Of a DNA stretch of 64,000 nt, positions 48,426 through 57,371 are shown piece after piece (position 1 is the first letter of the stretch; each line of letters begins with the position of its first letter). The stretch lies in the NCBI GenBank assembly GCA_001821765.1, contig MHOA01000013.1, positions 15,456 to 79,455 of the forward strand, written 5' to 3'. The DNA is from Candidatus Ryanbacteria bacterium RIFCSPLOWO2_12_FULL_44_26 (lineage in GTDB: Bacteria > Patescibacteriota > Minisyncoccia > Ryanbacterales > HO2-45-13). The position numbers and the translations under genes are program-made. Under the pieces are notes generated by a model. It ran no database searches, had not been told where the DNA came from, and was given only the letters and a program-made list of their open reading frames with translations.

Positions 48426-48498
48426 TTATAAAACATGAAAGACTTCTAATATCAAACCTTTTGGCCATGTTAGCATGATCCCGTGAGAGATTACAGGT

Positions 48499-48604
48499 TT
48501 ATACATTTCGTTTACCAGATAAGCATTGCACATTCAGAAATCATGTCTACTGATCATTATAATGCACGGAAATGCCTTCAGCATTTCCTGTCTTTAACGG
48601 GATA
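48499..48604 (+). repeat. Copy C of the conserved ~105-nt intergenic element (no start codon follows)
   Basis: TTATACATTTCGTTTACCAGATAAGCATTGCACATTCAGAAATCATGTCTACTGATCATTATAATGCACGGAAATGCCTTCAGCATTTCCTGTCTTTAACGGGATA. The ATG has become ATA. It lies between two minus-strand genes. Confidence 0.65.
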
Positions 48605-48655
48605 CCTCCTGTCTTATGTGCATAGTGTGTCACGTATAATGTAAATAGTTAGATG

Positions 48656-49315
48656 TTAATCTGTCATGTTTTGTTTTTGGTGGGATGAAAGTCTCAATTT
48701 CTCCAAAATAAAAAAACGATGACGGGGGTTTTCAAAAACCCGGTAAGTTCGTAAAATTTTAAAACCCGAGTCTTTTATATCCTGTAAAATTTTCTTTAAA
48801 CTGTAACCCTTTTGCCCTATTTCCCAAAAGTGCCCTTTAAAAAGGGGCTTTTTTGGAGGCCAAAGGTATGGCAGAGAAATAAGTTTTTTTACCTTTGTTA
48901 CTTTTGGAACAGGCACTTCAAAGCGCAGGGAACGATTCGCTTCAGGGAGTGAAATAATAACCCACCGGGAAGACACCTTGTGTAGTTCTCTCAACGCCTT
49001 GAGTGCCTCTTGGTAGGGCATATGCTCCAGTACCTCATACGCTGTTACAGCTTCAAAGGAGTTTTTATCAAATGGCAGATGTATTATTGATGCCGTGTAG
49101 TCCGCAGACAATGTTTGATCGTTATCACAAGTAGTGATGTTCACGCCGTGATGTTTGAGATACTGCGACACAAAGCCATTGCCAATTCCTATCTCCAAAA
49201 CGCTTGAAGGATGCAAAACAAGCACTTCGTTAATCTGATGCCAGTAACTGATGAAGCGCTGTTTTGAGTCGTACTCTCGTCGTTGATAATAATGAGAATC
49301 AATTTTAGTGGCCAC
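48656..49315 (-). CDS. Class I SAM-dependent methyltransferase
   Basis: VLEIGIGNGFVSQYL (motif I) and AVTAYEVLEHM. Confidence 0.7.
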   Translation of the reverse strand: MATKIDSHYYQRREYDSKQRFISYWHQINEVLVLHPSSVLEIGIGNGFVSQYLKHHGVNITTCDNDQTLSADYTASIIHLPFDKNSFEAVTAYEVLEHMPYQEALKALRELHKVSSRWVIISLPEANRSLRFEVPVPKVTKVKKLISLPYLWPPKKPLFKGHFWEIGQKGYSLKKILQDIKDSGFKILRTYRVFENPRHRFFILEKLRLSSHQKQNMTD

Positions 49316-49320
49316 ACTGT

Positions 49321-50895
49321 GTGTATATCACAGCTTATGCTATGATGTCCATTATGTCAAAAAAGCTATGGATACTGCATCCGTTTCTTTTTGCAGTTTT
49401 TCCAGTTCTTTTTCTTTTGTCTCATAATATTTATCAAACAGCGCCGCAAGCCGCTGTTATTCCGGCCATACTCGTATTATTCGCTACCGTAATTATCTTC
49501 AGAGCGCTGCTTTTTTTCTTAAAAGACGGCGGGAAATCCGCGTTTATTACATCTTTTTTTCTTTTGATATTTTTTTCCTTTGGGCATGTCAGAAATACTG
49601 TAGAAAACGTTACGATAGCGGGACTGGATATTGGAAGAAATCGTTATGTTTTTTTAATATTTGCTTTGCTTTTCGTTTTAAGCGTTTTTTGGACTGTTCT
49701 TACAAAGAAAAATTTAGATAAGTTTACGAATGTTGTAAACGTTATAGCCGCCGTGCTGGTCGCCATCTCTATTATAAACATCGGGATGTATGAGTTGAGG
49801 CATGGCAGGACTGCCAGAAGTATAGAAAACACAACTGTTTATGAATCAGACGGGAAATTTAAAAATCAAGGCGCCTTGCCGAATATCTATTATATTATTT
49901 TAGACGGATACGCCGCAGCGGATACACTGAGCGAGATTTATAGTTACGATAATAGTGAATTTCTTGCCTTTCTTGCCGATCGCGGTTTTTTTGTTCCAAG
50001 TAAGTCAAGGAGCAATTATGCATGGACCCATTTGTCTCTCGCTTCTTCTTTAAACATGGAACATATTACTTTTTTAACTGATACTCTCGGTATAGATTCT
50101 CTGGACCGGACTACTCCGTTTCAGATGATCGAAGACAACGCTGTGCAGGAGTTTCTAAAGGCCAATGATTATAAATTTATTCATGTAAGTTCGGGTTTGG
50201 CGCGCATGACCAATAAAAATCGAAATGCAGAGGTTAATTTTAAAGCTGGTCGTCTGGATGAATTTTCCTTGTTACTGCTGGAAACAACTGCTCTTTATCC
50301 GTTTATGAAGGGCGCGGTTGGCGTTGATGCAAGAAACACGGTACTGTATGCGTTTGATGTTCTAAAACACGTACCAAAGTTGCCGGGCCCTCGGTTTACA
50401 TTCGCGCATATTCTCATTCCCCATCCAGTCTATCTTTTTGGTCCTAATGGCGAGGCAATTCAGGATCCAACGGCAGGTCTGTCTGGTTATAATCGCTGGA
50501 AGTTAAAAGATTATTATGTTAATCACGTAATTTTTACGAATAAGAAGGTGCGCGAAGTCGTGGATGCTATTTTACAAGAAGAGTCAACGCCGCCGATTAT
50601 TCTGCTTCAGGCGGATCACGGAACGCTTTCAGAAGGCGATGAATATGAGAATTTCTCGAGCATTACCGATCGTCTTGCAAAAGAGCGCATGAAAATATTC
50701 AGCGCTTATTATCTGCCGGGCGACGGCAAAGATATGCTCTATGATTCAATAACTCCGGTAAACTCCTTTAGGATTATTTTTAATCATTACTTTGGGACGG
50801 AGTATCCTTTGTTGGCAGATGAAAGTTATATATCTTCAGATAAACAACCATATGGTTTTATCAATGTTACCGATATAACGAGCGAGCCGTATTAA
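49321..50895 (+). CDS. Membrane-anchored alkaline-phosphatase-superfamily protein (LtaS/sulfatase-like), copy 2
   Basis: About 60% identical to 43332..44885. NIYYIILDGYAAAD and LLQADHGTLS. Confidence 0.5.
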   Translation: MYITAYAMMSIMSKKLWILHPFLFAVFPVLFLLSHNIYQTAPQAAVIPAILVLFATVIIFRALLFFLKDGGKSAFITSFFLLIFFSFGHVRNTVENVTIAGLDIGRNRYVFLIFALLFVLSVFWTVLTKKNLDKFTNVVNVIAAVLVAISIINIGMYELRHGRTARSIENTTVYESDGKFKNQGALPNIYYIILDGYAAADTLSEIYSYDNSEFLAFLADRGFFVPSKSRSNYAWTHLSLASSLNMEHITFLTDTLGIDSLDRTTPFQMIEDNAVQEFLKANDYKFIHVSSGLARMTNKNRNAEVNFKAGRLDEFSLLLLETTALYPFMKGAVGVDARNTVLYAFDVLKHVPKLPGPRFTFAHILIPHPVYLFGPNGEAIQDPTAGLSGYNRWKLKDYYVNHVIFTNKKVREVVDAILQEESTPPIILLQADHGTLSEGDEYENFSSITDRLAKERMKIFSAYYLPGDGKDMLYDSITPVNSFRIIFNHYFGTEYPLLADESYISSDKQPYGFINVTDITSEPY

Positions 50896-50897
50896 GC

Positions 50898-52328
50898 ATG
50901 GCAAGAGAATATTACACTATTACTGGCATTCTTGTTGTTGCAATTTTTGTTGTCGGAATTGTTGGTTTTATTAACAGCGGTGTCATATATACGCTTCCGA
51001 AATCGCTCCACGAACCTGACGCGGGTCCGGTTGATCCTTCCAGAGGATTTATAGGCACCGCGATCAGCCTTGTTCATACCGGAACGTTTAATAATAGAGG
51101 TCCGGGTTATATCGGGAACGGGCAACGCGGCCCGGCGTACGCGGTGGTGCTCGCGCTCGGTTTTCTCATGTTTGGGGAATATGTCTGGCCCGTCTATTTG
51201 ATGAACTTTATCTTTCTTGCGCTTGTGATTATTCTTCTTTGGCGTCTTAGCCGGCGTTATCTTGACGGATATTTGGCATTTCTCCCGCCATTAATGCTTG
51301 CTGTATTTCCTTTTTCTGCGCATCAGGTATATGGGCGTTATGAATTATTTTCATTATTTTTAGGAGTTTTTTCCGTTTTCGCTTTGCTCAAATACCGTGA
51401 GCATAAGGGGTTTTTATGGCTTTCAGTCGGCACACTTATATTTACAGTTTGGATTCTTGAAAGGCCAATAGTGCTTTATTTTTTACCTTTGGTATTGATG
51501 TTCCTTGTATTCTGGCAGCGGTCTTCTTTATCAATAAGCCGTCTTCTTGTGCATATGCTCCTGTTCTTTTTCATAATCGGTTCAGTGATAGGTTTATGGG
51601 CATGGAGAAATCATCGTGTGCTCGATACATGGCAAATAGGGTCGGGCGGCCACATGCTGCTTCGGACTGCCATGCACACCGATCGCACAAGCAAGGAGCT
51701 TATATCGCTTGCGTTAAGTTATGGAGTTGGAGATTTTATCGGGAGCAGGGTGTACGCGCATTATCCAGAAAACGCGGCTCCCTCCGGCTGGATTCATTCG
51801 CTTGAAGATCGCTGGGTGCAGAAAGACGAATGGATAGTAGAGGATCTAGATGGTGAGATTCTTACACGTGTAGAGCTTGATAAAAAAATGTATCGGGAAG
51901 CATTTTTAAAAATAAAGGAGCGCCCGGTCAAATTTGTTCTTACGGGTTTTATCCGGCTTATACGTCTTAACGCTCCTTTAAACCACAGAGGACAGGAGAT
52001 CATAAGAATGTTTATGGGAGAGTATCAATATCTTTCTTCGGGTATGAAAATAATGATAATCCTTGCGATTCGTCTTATTTGGCTTTTCTTTCTCACTTTG
52101 GTGCTTTATGCAATAGCAAGACATTGGAGAGAATGGGAAACATGGGGGATTTTGATTCTTCTTTTACTTTATTATAACAGCATGCATGCATTACTTACTC
52201 ACGGAGAAGCGCGTTACGTAGTAACTGTAATGCCCTTCTATTTTCTCCTTTTTGCGGAAGGGTTTCGATTATTTTATTCCAAAATAAAGCTAAGGCGTAA
52301 CTTATTGGCCGCTCCAGGATCCTTGTAA
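50898..52328 (+). CDS. GT-C fold PMT_2/ArnT-like glycosyltransferase (membrane), copy 2
   Basis: Paralog of 44889..46289 (HTGTFNNRGPGYIGNGQRGPAYAVVLALGF). Confidence 0.55.
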   Translation: MAREYYTITGILVVAIFVVGIVGFINSGVIYTLPKSLHEPDAGPVDPSRGFIGTAISLVHTGTFNNRGPGYIGNGQRGPAYAVVLALGFLMFGEYVWPVYLMNFIFLALVIILLWRLSRRYLDGYLAFLPPLMLAVFPFSAHQVYGRYELFSLFLGVFSVFALLKYREHKGFLWLSVGTLIFTVWILERPIVLYFLPLVLMFLVFWQRSSLSISRLLVHMLLFFFIIGSVIGLWAWRNHRVLDTWQIGSGGHMLLRTAMHTDRTSKELISLALSYGVGDFIGSRVYAHYPENAAPSGWIHSLEDRWVQKDEWIVEDLDGEILTRVELDKKMYREAFLKIKERPVKFVLTGFIRLIRLNAPLNHRGQEIIRMFMGEYQYLSSGMKIMIILAIRLIWLFFLTLVLYAIARHWREWETWGILILLLLYYNSMHALLTHGEARYVVTVMPFYFLLFAEGFRLFYSKIKLRRNLLAAPGSL

Positions 52329-52340
52329 ATGCGCTTTCCT

Positions 52341-53261
52341 TTACTTTTCTATAGTTTCCCGGATCATGTATGGCCGCTCTTTTTTGCTCTCGTAGTAAAC
52401 CCGGAGCATGAGTTCGGCTATGAAGCCGAGCATAAATAGAAGAAAACCCAAAATAAAGAAAAGGACCGCAACAACAGGAAGTGGTGTTTGTGCAAAATTT
52501 ACCCCCCGTAGTTTTAAAACTATGGCATAGATCGTTGCCGAGATTCCAGCTGCGGTCGAAGCTATGCCCCACCCGCCAAAAAATAACATAGGACGGGACA
52601 TATAATCAGACAGGAACTTTACTGTCAGTAGATCTCCAATGTCTTTTATGGCTTTCATGAAATTGTGCTTTGAGGCGCCGGCGGCACGCTCGTTATGTTG
52701 TACTATCATTTCAACAACACGCGCACCGCGGTTGTGGAGAATGCCGGCAAGCAGAACATGCATCTCTCCGTAAAGATTAAGCCCTCGCGCAAATTCTTTT
52801 TTAAACACTTTAAGGCCGCATGCATGGTCGTGGAGTTTCAGCCCCACAACTTTTGAAGTAAGCCAGTTCGCAAGTTTAGAGAGAACTTTTCTTGAGAGGG
52901 TGTCCATGCGGTTTTTTCTCCAGCCAACCACCGCGTCATATCCTTCTTTTAACTTTTTAAGCATTTTAGGTATGTCCGCAGGGTCGTTTTGCAAATCAGC
53001 GTCAAGAATCGCGATGATTTCTCCTTTGGCCGCTTGTATTCCCGCATCAAGCGCGGCAGTTTGTCCGTAGTTTCGCGAAAAGACAATAATTTTAATTGGA
53101 GAAAGGTTTTTCAGCATCTCAAGCGTATGATCGGTAGAGCCGTTTTCAACGGCAATAATTTCAAAGGTTTCTTCGTGCGAACGAAGCGCATCCGAGATTC
53201 TTATATAAAGCTCGCGCACATTTTCTTCCTCATTATATGCGGGGAAAATAACCGATATCAT
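52341..53261 (-). CDS. GtrB/ArnC-like GT2 polyprenyl-phosphate sugar synthase with C-terminal TM helices
   Basis: MISVIFPAYNEEEN...IIAVENGSTDHT...ILDADLQNDP, plus two C-terminal TM helices typical of GtrB/ArnC. Start set at MISVIF. Confidence 0.8.
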   Translation of the reverse strand: MISVIFPAYNEEENVRELYIRISDALRSHEETFEIIAVENGSTDHTLEMLKNLSPIKIIVFSRNYGQTAALDAGIQAAKGEIIAILDADLQNDPADIPKMLKKLKEGYDAVVGWRKNRMDTLSRKVLSKLANWLTSKVVGLKLHDHACGLKVFKKEFARGLNLYGEMHVLLAGILHNRGARVVEMIVQHNERAAGASKHNFMKAIKDIGDLLTVKFLSDYMSRPMLFFGGWGIASTAAGISATIYAIVLKLRGVNFAQTPLPVVAVLFFILGFLLFMLGFIAELMLRVYYESKKERPYMIRETIEK

Positions 53262-53431
53262 AGTCTCAACAATAAAAGAAAAAAACGCATTTTGCAATTT
53301 TTGTCACGGCGGTGTATCTCCAAAAAACTATCCTACAATAATACTGTCTTTCTTGTTTAGGGAAATGACGCTCTTATCAATTGTGAGGAGGTGAGAAATG
53401 CTACTTGCGCAGGCGCAAAAACGAGACAAGA

Positions 53432-53460
53432 AAAGCCCATCGTGATGTCCGATGGGCTTT
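53432..53460 (-). terminator. Intrinsic terminator (11-bp perfect stem AAAGCCCATCG/CGATGGGCTTT, 7-nt loop) followed on the minus strand by TTCTTGTCTCGTTTTTG
   Basis: The inverted repeat was read directly. A U-rich tract follows only on the minus strand, downstream of the small ORF 53479..53610. Confidence 0.55.
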
Positions 53461-53478
53461 CTGGCCAGCAAGGACCGG

Positions 53479-53610
53479 CTACGAGAAAAAGTTGTAGAGA
53501 GCCAGGCAAAGCCCGATGAAGCTGAAGAAAAGCACTATTCCTGCGAAGATTGGAGCCAGTCTTTTGTGGAGAAAATTATGAATTCGTAGATCTCTCTCAC
53601 TCTGTCCCAT
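53479..53610 (-). CDS. Small 43-aa hydrophobic peptide (absent from the ORF track)
   Basis: GGAGGTGAAAC precedes the ATG. Manual translation gives MGQSERDLRIHNFLHKRLAPIFAGIVLFFSFIGLCLALYNFFS*, a single TM helix, followed by the terminator hairpin. Confidence 0.4.
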   Translation of the reverse strand: MGQSERDLRIHNFLHKRLAPIFAGIVLFFSFIGLCLALYNFFS

Positions 53611-53666
53611 GTTTCACCTCCTTTACTCCTAAGCTAGCCGCTTAGAGCTTGTGTCAATAGGTAAAT

Positions 53667-54197
53667 TCATACAACCATTATGATCCCGTAAAACGCAAGA
53701 ACTGCGAAAAAAGTTGTTCCTATGCGTAACGGGACTGGCGTTGTATCTAGCTTGTGAAAGTGCCCTCCCTTTAAACCAAGCAGGTCCTCTATCTCCTTTC
53801 CTCTTTCAACACAACCATTACCATAAAGGTTTCGCGTTCTCCACTCAATAAGCGTAAGAATGAATAGAAAAAGAATGCCGATGATGGGTATCGCTTTGGT
53901 TGCCGTTTTCTTGAGTTCAGCCAGCAGTATTTCTTCTTTCTTCTTTTCGATTGCAATCTTTTTTGTGTTTTCTTTCTTTTCTGTAACTTCCTGTTTCTGC
54001 TCTGTGACAACTTGTTCGGGTGTAAGAGTAAATTGATACGCGCCGAGCAGAAATGAGTTTAGGGTAATAGAGAACGCTAAAAGCGCGAAGCGAATACTGC
54101 TTAGAAATCTCCAATCGGATCCGACGACGTTGTACTCCTGTTCCAGTGCGCTTCTGCGTTTCGGATCGGTTGCCTCTGTAATCTTCTGTTCAGGCAC
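53667..54197 (-). CDS. Hypothetical membrane protein with a Lys/Glu-rich central segment
   Basis: 176 aa, with TM helices flanking a charged KKEN/EKKKEE stretch. No recognisable family. Confidence 0.3.
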   Translation of the reverse strand: MPEQKITEATDPKRRSALEQEYNVVGSDWRFLSSIRFALLAFSITLNSFLLGAYQFTLTPEQVVTEQKQEVTEKKENTKKIAIEKKKEEILLAELKKTATKAIPIIGILFLFILTLIEWRTRNLYGNGCVERGKEIEDLLGLKGGHFHKLDTTPVPLRIGTTFFAVLAFYGIIMVV

Positions 54198-54413
54198 ATC
54201 TCTTCCTCTCCCAGTAAAAGATTTTTAGGTACTTTCTGAATTTTTCTTATCATGCTTCATTGAGAAAGTCAAGTTATCTAAGCGATCTTGTAGAAATACG
54301 ATTGTTTTCTGTTCAACTGAGGATTCACCAAATTCTCACCAGACTCCTGTATAAGGAAAAAAATATAAACGAGAACTTGTATTGTTGTACAGTTTCTTTA
54401 AGATAATTGTGTT

Positions 54414-54971
54414 ATGAATAAAGCTGTTTTTTTAGATCGTGACGGGATTTTAAACAAGCTCGTCATGCATGAGGGGAAGCCAAGATCGCCGTGGACGTTT
54501 TCTGATTTTGAGATATTGCCGGATGTGCGAGAAGCCGTCTCAACGCTGAAAGCTCACGACTTTTTATGTATTGTAGTGACCAATCAGCCCGACATTCATC
54601 CCGGCTGGTTGTCTCTTGATGAATTAGAAAAAATGCATCTTCACTTATTGAAAGAGCTTCCCCTGGATCATATTTATTTTTGTCCTCATCCGGGAGACTC
54701 CGATTGTGAATGTTCAAAGCCAAAGCCGGGAATGGCCCACGAGGCGGCCAAGAAGTTTTGCATCGACTTTCCCCGTTCCTTTGTTGTCGGGGATCGTTGG
54801 CGTGATATAGATCTTGGAAAAAATATTGGCTCAAGAACAATTCTTATTCCTACTGAAGCGACCCATTTTGACGGTCGTGAACTCGCACCCGATTATATGG
54901 GAACAAATCTGCTCCATGCTGTTAAGACTATTTTGACATTGGAAGATCTTTCAAAGGACAAACGCGATTGA
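54414..54971 (+). CDS. gmhB: D-glycero-D-manno-heptose 1,7-bisphosphate phosphatase (HAD-IIIA, GmhB-like)
   Basis: VFLDRDGILN (DxDG nucleophile), VVTNQP, CPHPGDSDCECSKPKPGM (Zn-binding insert) and GDRWRD. Confidence 0.8.
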   Translation: MNKAVFLDRDGILNKLVMHEGKPRSPWTFSDFEILPDVREAVSTLKAHDFLCIVVTNQPDIHPGWLSLDELEKMHLHLLKELPLDHIYFCPHPGDSDCECSKPKPGMAHEAAKKFCIDFPRSFVVGDRWRDIDLGKNIGSRTILIPTEATHFDGRELAPDYMGTNLLHAVKTILTLEDLSKDKRD

Positions 54972-55007
54972 CAGGGCGTTATTCATAGGGTACGGTAATT
55001 TCACGCA

Positions 55008-55988
55008 ATGATTATCACACGCACACCTCTTAGGATTGCAATCGGCGGCGGCGGCACCGATCTTCCTTCATATTATTCTCAATTCGGAGGTTTTTTTATA
55101 AGCGCTGCCATTGATAAGTATATTTACATCAGCATGCAGCGAACTTTTACAAATGAAGTCATTCTGAAGTATTCAAAAATGGAACGTGTGCAGTCGCTGG
55201 ATGAAATTGAGCATGATATTGTTCGGTCCGCTCTTACGTCTTACGACTTTAGTAAAGGTTTTGAGATGGCCAGTTTTGCTGACATCCCCGCCGGTACCGG
55301 ACTTGGTTCTTCCGGGAGTTTTACCGTTGGTTTGCTCAAAGGACTTAGCGCTTTAGATAATAAGATTATGCCCGCTGACATGCTTGCACACCAAGCAAGT
55401 CATTTGGTGATGGAAACACTCAATCGCCCTGATGGTAAGCAAGATCAGTATGCGGCTGCGTATGGCGGCATTAATTGCTATACGGTCAATCCGGGCGGTC
55501 AGGTATCTGTTGAATCGCTTCAGATGAGCCATGAGACGCTAGATAAGCTTCGCGATCATTTGGCTCTTTTTTTTACTGGTTTTTACCGGCAATCGGAAAA
55601 GAATCTCAATATCCAAAAAGAGAAAAGCGAAGCAGGAGACAGCGCCATGCTTGAGAGCCTTCATTTTATTAAGGGTTTGGGTTTTAAGATTAAAGATGCC
55701 TTGGAGAAAGGAAACATTGAAACATTCGGTCTTTTAATGAATGAGCACTGGAAGCATAAGAAGAAACGGCTTGGCGATATGACCAACTCATTGATTGATA
55801 ACTGGTATGATTTGGCTTTGCAAAACGGCGCCTTGGGAGGAAAAGTTATTGGCGCAGGAGGGGGAGGTTTTTTATTGTTTTACAGCACCGACAGAGAAAA
55901 ACTTGCAGACGTTCTTACAAAAGCGGGTCTTCAGCATGTTCGCTTTGATTTTGACTTTGAGGGATCAAAACTGCTTGCAACAGTATGA
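55008..55988 (+). CDS. hddA: GHMP-family sugar kinase, D-glycero-D-manno-heptose 7-phosphate kinase-like
   Basis: RTPLRIAIGGGGTDLPSYY and PAGTGLGSSGS (GHMP ATP-binding motif). Confidence 0.7.
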   Translation: MIITRTPLRIAIGGGGTDLPSYYSQFGGFFISAAIDKYIYISMQRTFTNEVILKYSKMERVQSLDEIEHDIVRSALTSYDFSKGFEMASFADIPAGTGLGSSGSFTVGLLKGLSALDNKIMPADMLAHQASHLVMETLNRPDGKQDQYAAAYGGINCYTVNPGGQVSVESLQMSHETLDKLRDHLALFFTGFYRQSEKNLNIQKEKSEAGDSAMLESLHFIKGLGFKIKDALEKGNIETFGLLMNEHWKHKKKRLGDMTNSLIDNWYDLALQNGALGGKVIGAGGGGFLLFYSTDREKLADVLTKAGLQHVRFDFDFEGSKLLATV

Positions 55989-56743
55989 GGTTATTTATAG
56001 ATACAGCAAAGTTAGAGGACATTGAGTGGGGGTTAAAGACTGGCGCCATGAGAGGCATTACCACAAATCCCTCGCTGCTTGCAAAAGAACCCAAAGGAAA
56101 TTACCTTGTCCACCTTGGAAAAATCGTTGAGCTTATAAAACAACATGTTCCTTTGGAGAACCGGAAAGGTTTTTCTCTAAGCGTTGAGGTCTTTAGTGAT
56201 GAGCCAGATGAAATTCTTGCGCAGGCTCGGGAATTTGTAGAAAAACTGCAGTGGCCTGCTCTTGCGGTAAAAGTGCACATTGACCACAGAGGCAGGGATA
56301 ATTTGGTTTTGATCAATCAGCTTTCACGTTCCGGCATTTCGGTGAACTGCACGGCATGCATGACGGTATATCAGGCGATGACCGCAGCGGCTGCCGGCGC
56401 CCGGTATGTCAGTCTTCTTTGGGGACGAATTCGAGACGGCGGTATTGAAGAAAAATTCGCCAAAGAGCGTGAAGAACTTATTGCGTCAGGAAAACTGCGA
56501 AAGGAAGATTTTGATCCCGCTGTTGCGGTAAAGGAAACGCGAATACTCCTTGAACGGTTTTATCCCAAAAGCAAAATTATCGCTGGAAGCGTTCGAACAC
56601 CCTCCGACGTAAAAGACGCGTCGCTTGCGGGAGCGCATATCGTCACGGTCCAGCCAAAGGTTTTAAGAGAAATGTTCGGACACTTTAAAACGGATGAAAT
56701 TGTTGACCAATTCTTCAGTGACTTTAAGGCGTGGAGCAATTAG
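55985..56743 (+). CDS. Transaldolase / fructose-6-phosphate aldolase family
   Basis: FIDTAKLEDI...GITTNPSL, Schiff-base Lys region ALAVKVH, and NCTACMTVYQAMTAAAAGARYVSLLWGRIRD. Confidence 0.7.
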   Translation: MRLFIDTAKLEDIEWGLKTGAMRGITTNPSLLAKEPKGNYLVHLGKIVELIKQHVPLENRKGFSLSVEVFSDEPDEILAQAREFVEKLQWPALAVKVHIDHRGRDNLVLINQLSRSGISVNCTACMTVYQAMTAAAAGARYVSLLWGRIRDGGIEEKFAKEREELIASGKLRKEDFDPAVAVKETRILLERFYPKSKIIAGSVRTPSDVKDASLAGAHIVTVQPKVLREMFGHFKTDEIVDQFFSDFKAWSN

Positions 56744-57324
56744 GTTATATGAAGTACAGCGATTATATCGACAGGTATTTGAAGGAAGTAGCGGAAATTT
56801 CCGTAAGCATTGATCGAAATGCTATTCATAAAACAATTGCACTTTTAAAAAATCTTAAAGAAAAAAATGGGCGACTCTTTGTAATTGGCGTTGGGGGTTC
56901 GGCGGCAAATGCTTCTCATGCGGTAAATGATTTTCGGAAAATGTGCAAGATTGAAGCATATGCGCCTACCGATAATGTTTCGGAACTTACCGCATGGACA
57001 AATGACAGCAGTTTTCATGTGGTGTTTGAGGAGTGGCTGAAGGAGTCGCATGTAAAAAGCGGCGATGCCGTGATGGTGCTTTCAGTCGGCGGCGGGAGTG
57101 ATACGGTTTCCCAAAACATCGTTCGTGCCCTCAAGTATGCAAAAGAAACAGGGGCGGTGATTCTCGGCATTGTAAGCCGAGACGGTGGTGCGACCGCAAA
57201 ATTGGCAGACGCGGTTATTTTAGTGCCGGTTGTCCACGAAAAGCGCATCACTCCCCATGCGGAAGAATGGCAGGTTGTTGTGTGGCATCTTTTGGCAAAT
57301 GCGCTTTTGGAGCGTCATGTATAG
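56731..57324 (+). CDS. gmhA: Sedoheptulose-7-phosphate isomerase (SIS domain, GmhA)
   Basis: LFVIGVGGSAANASHAVNDF...VLSVGGGS. Start may be at MKYSDY (56749). Confidence 0.8.
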   Translation: MEQLGYMKYSDYIDRYLKEVAEISVSIDRNAIHKTIALLKNLKEKNGRLFVIGVGGSAANASHAVNDFRKMCKIEAYAPTDNVSELTAWTNDSSFHVVFEEWLKESHVKSGDAVMVLSVGGGSDTVSQNIVRALKYAKETGAVILGIVSRDGGATAKLADAVILVPVVHEKRITPHAEEWQVVVWHLLANALLERHV

Positions 57325-57371
57325 CAGAGTTGCGCGATGTTTTTGTTTCCGTGGAATAAAATAATCAATTT

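Noticed and set aside
53398-53445. 15-codon plus-strand ORF (MLLAQAQKRDKKSPS) with a strong SD ending inside the terminator hairpin
   Set aside because: It is too short to call as a gene and no plus-strand gene follows. It is kept only as a possible leader or attenuator in finding 8.
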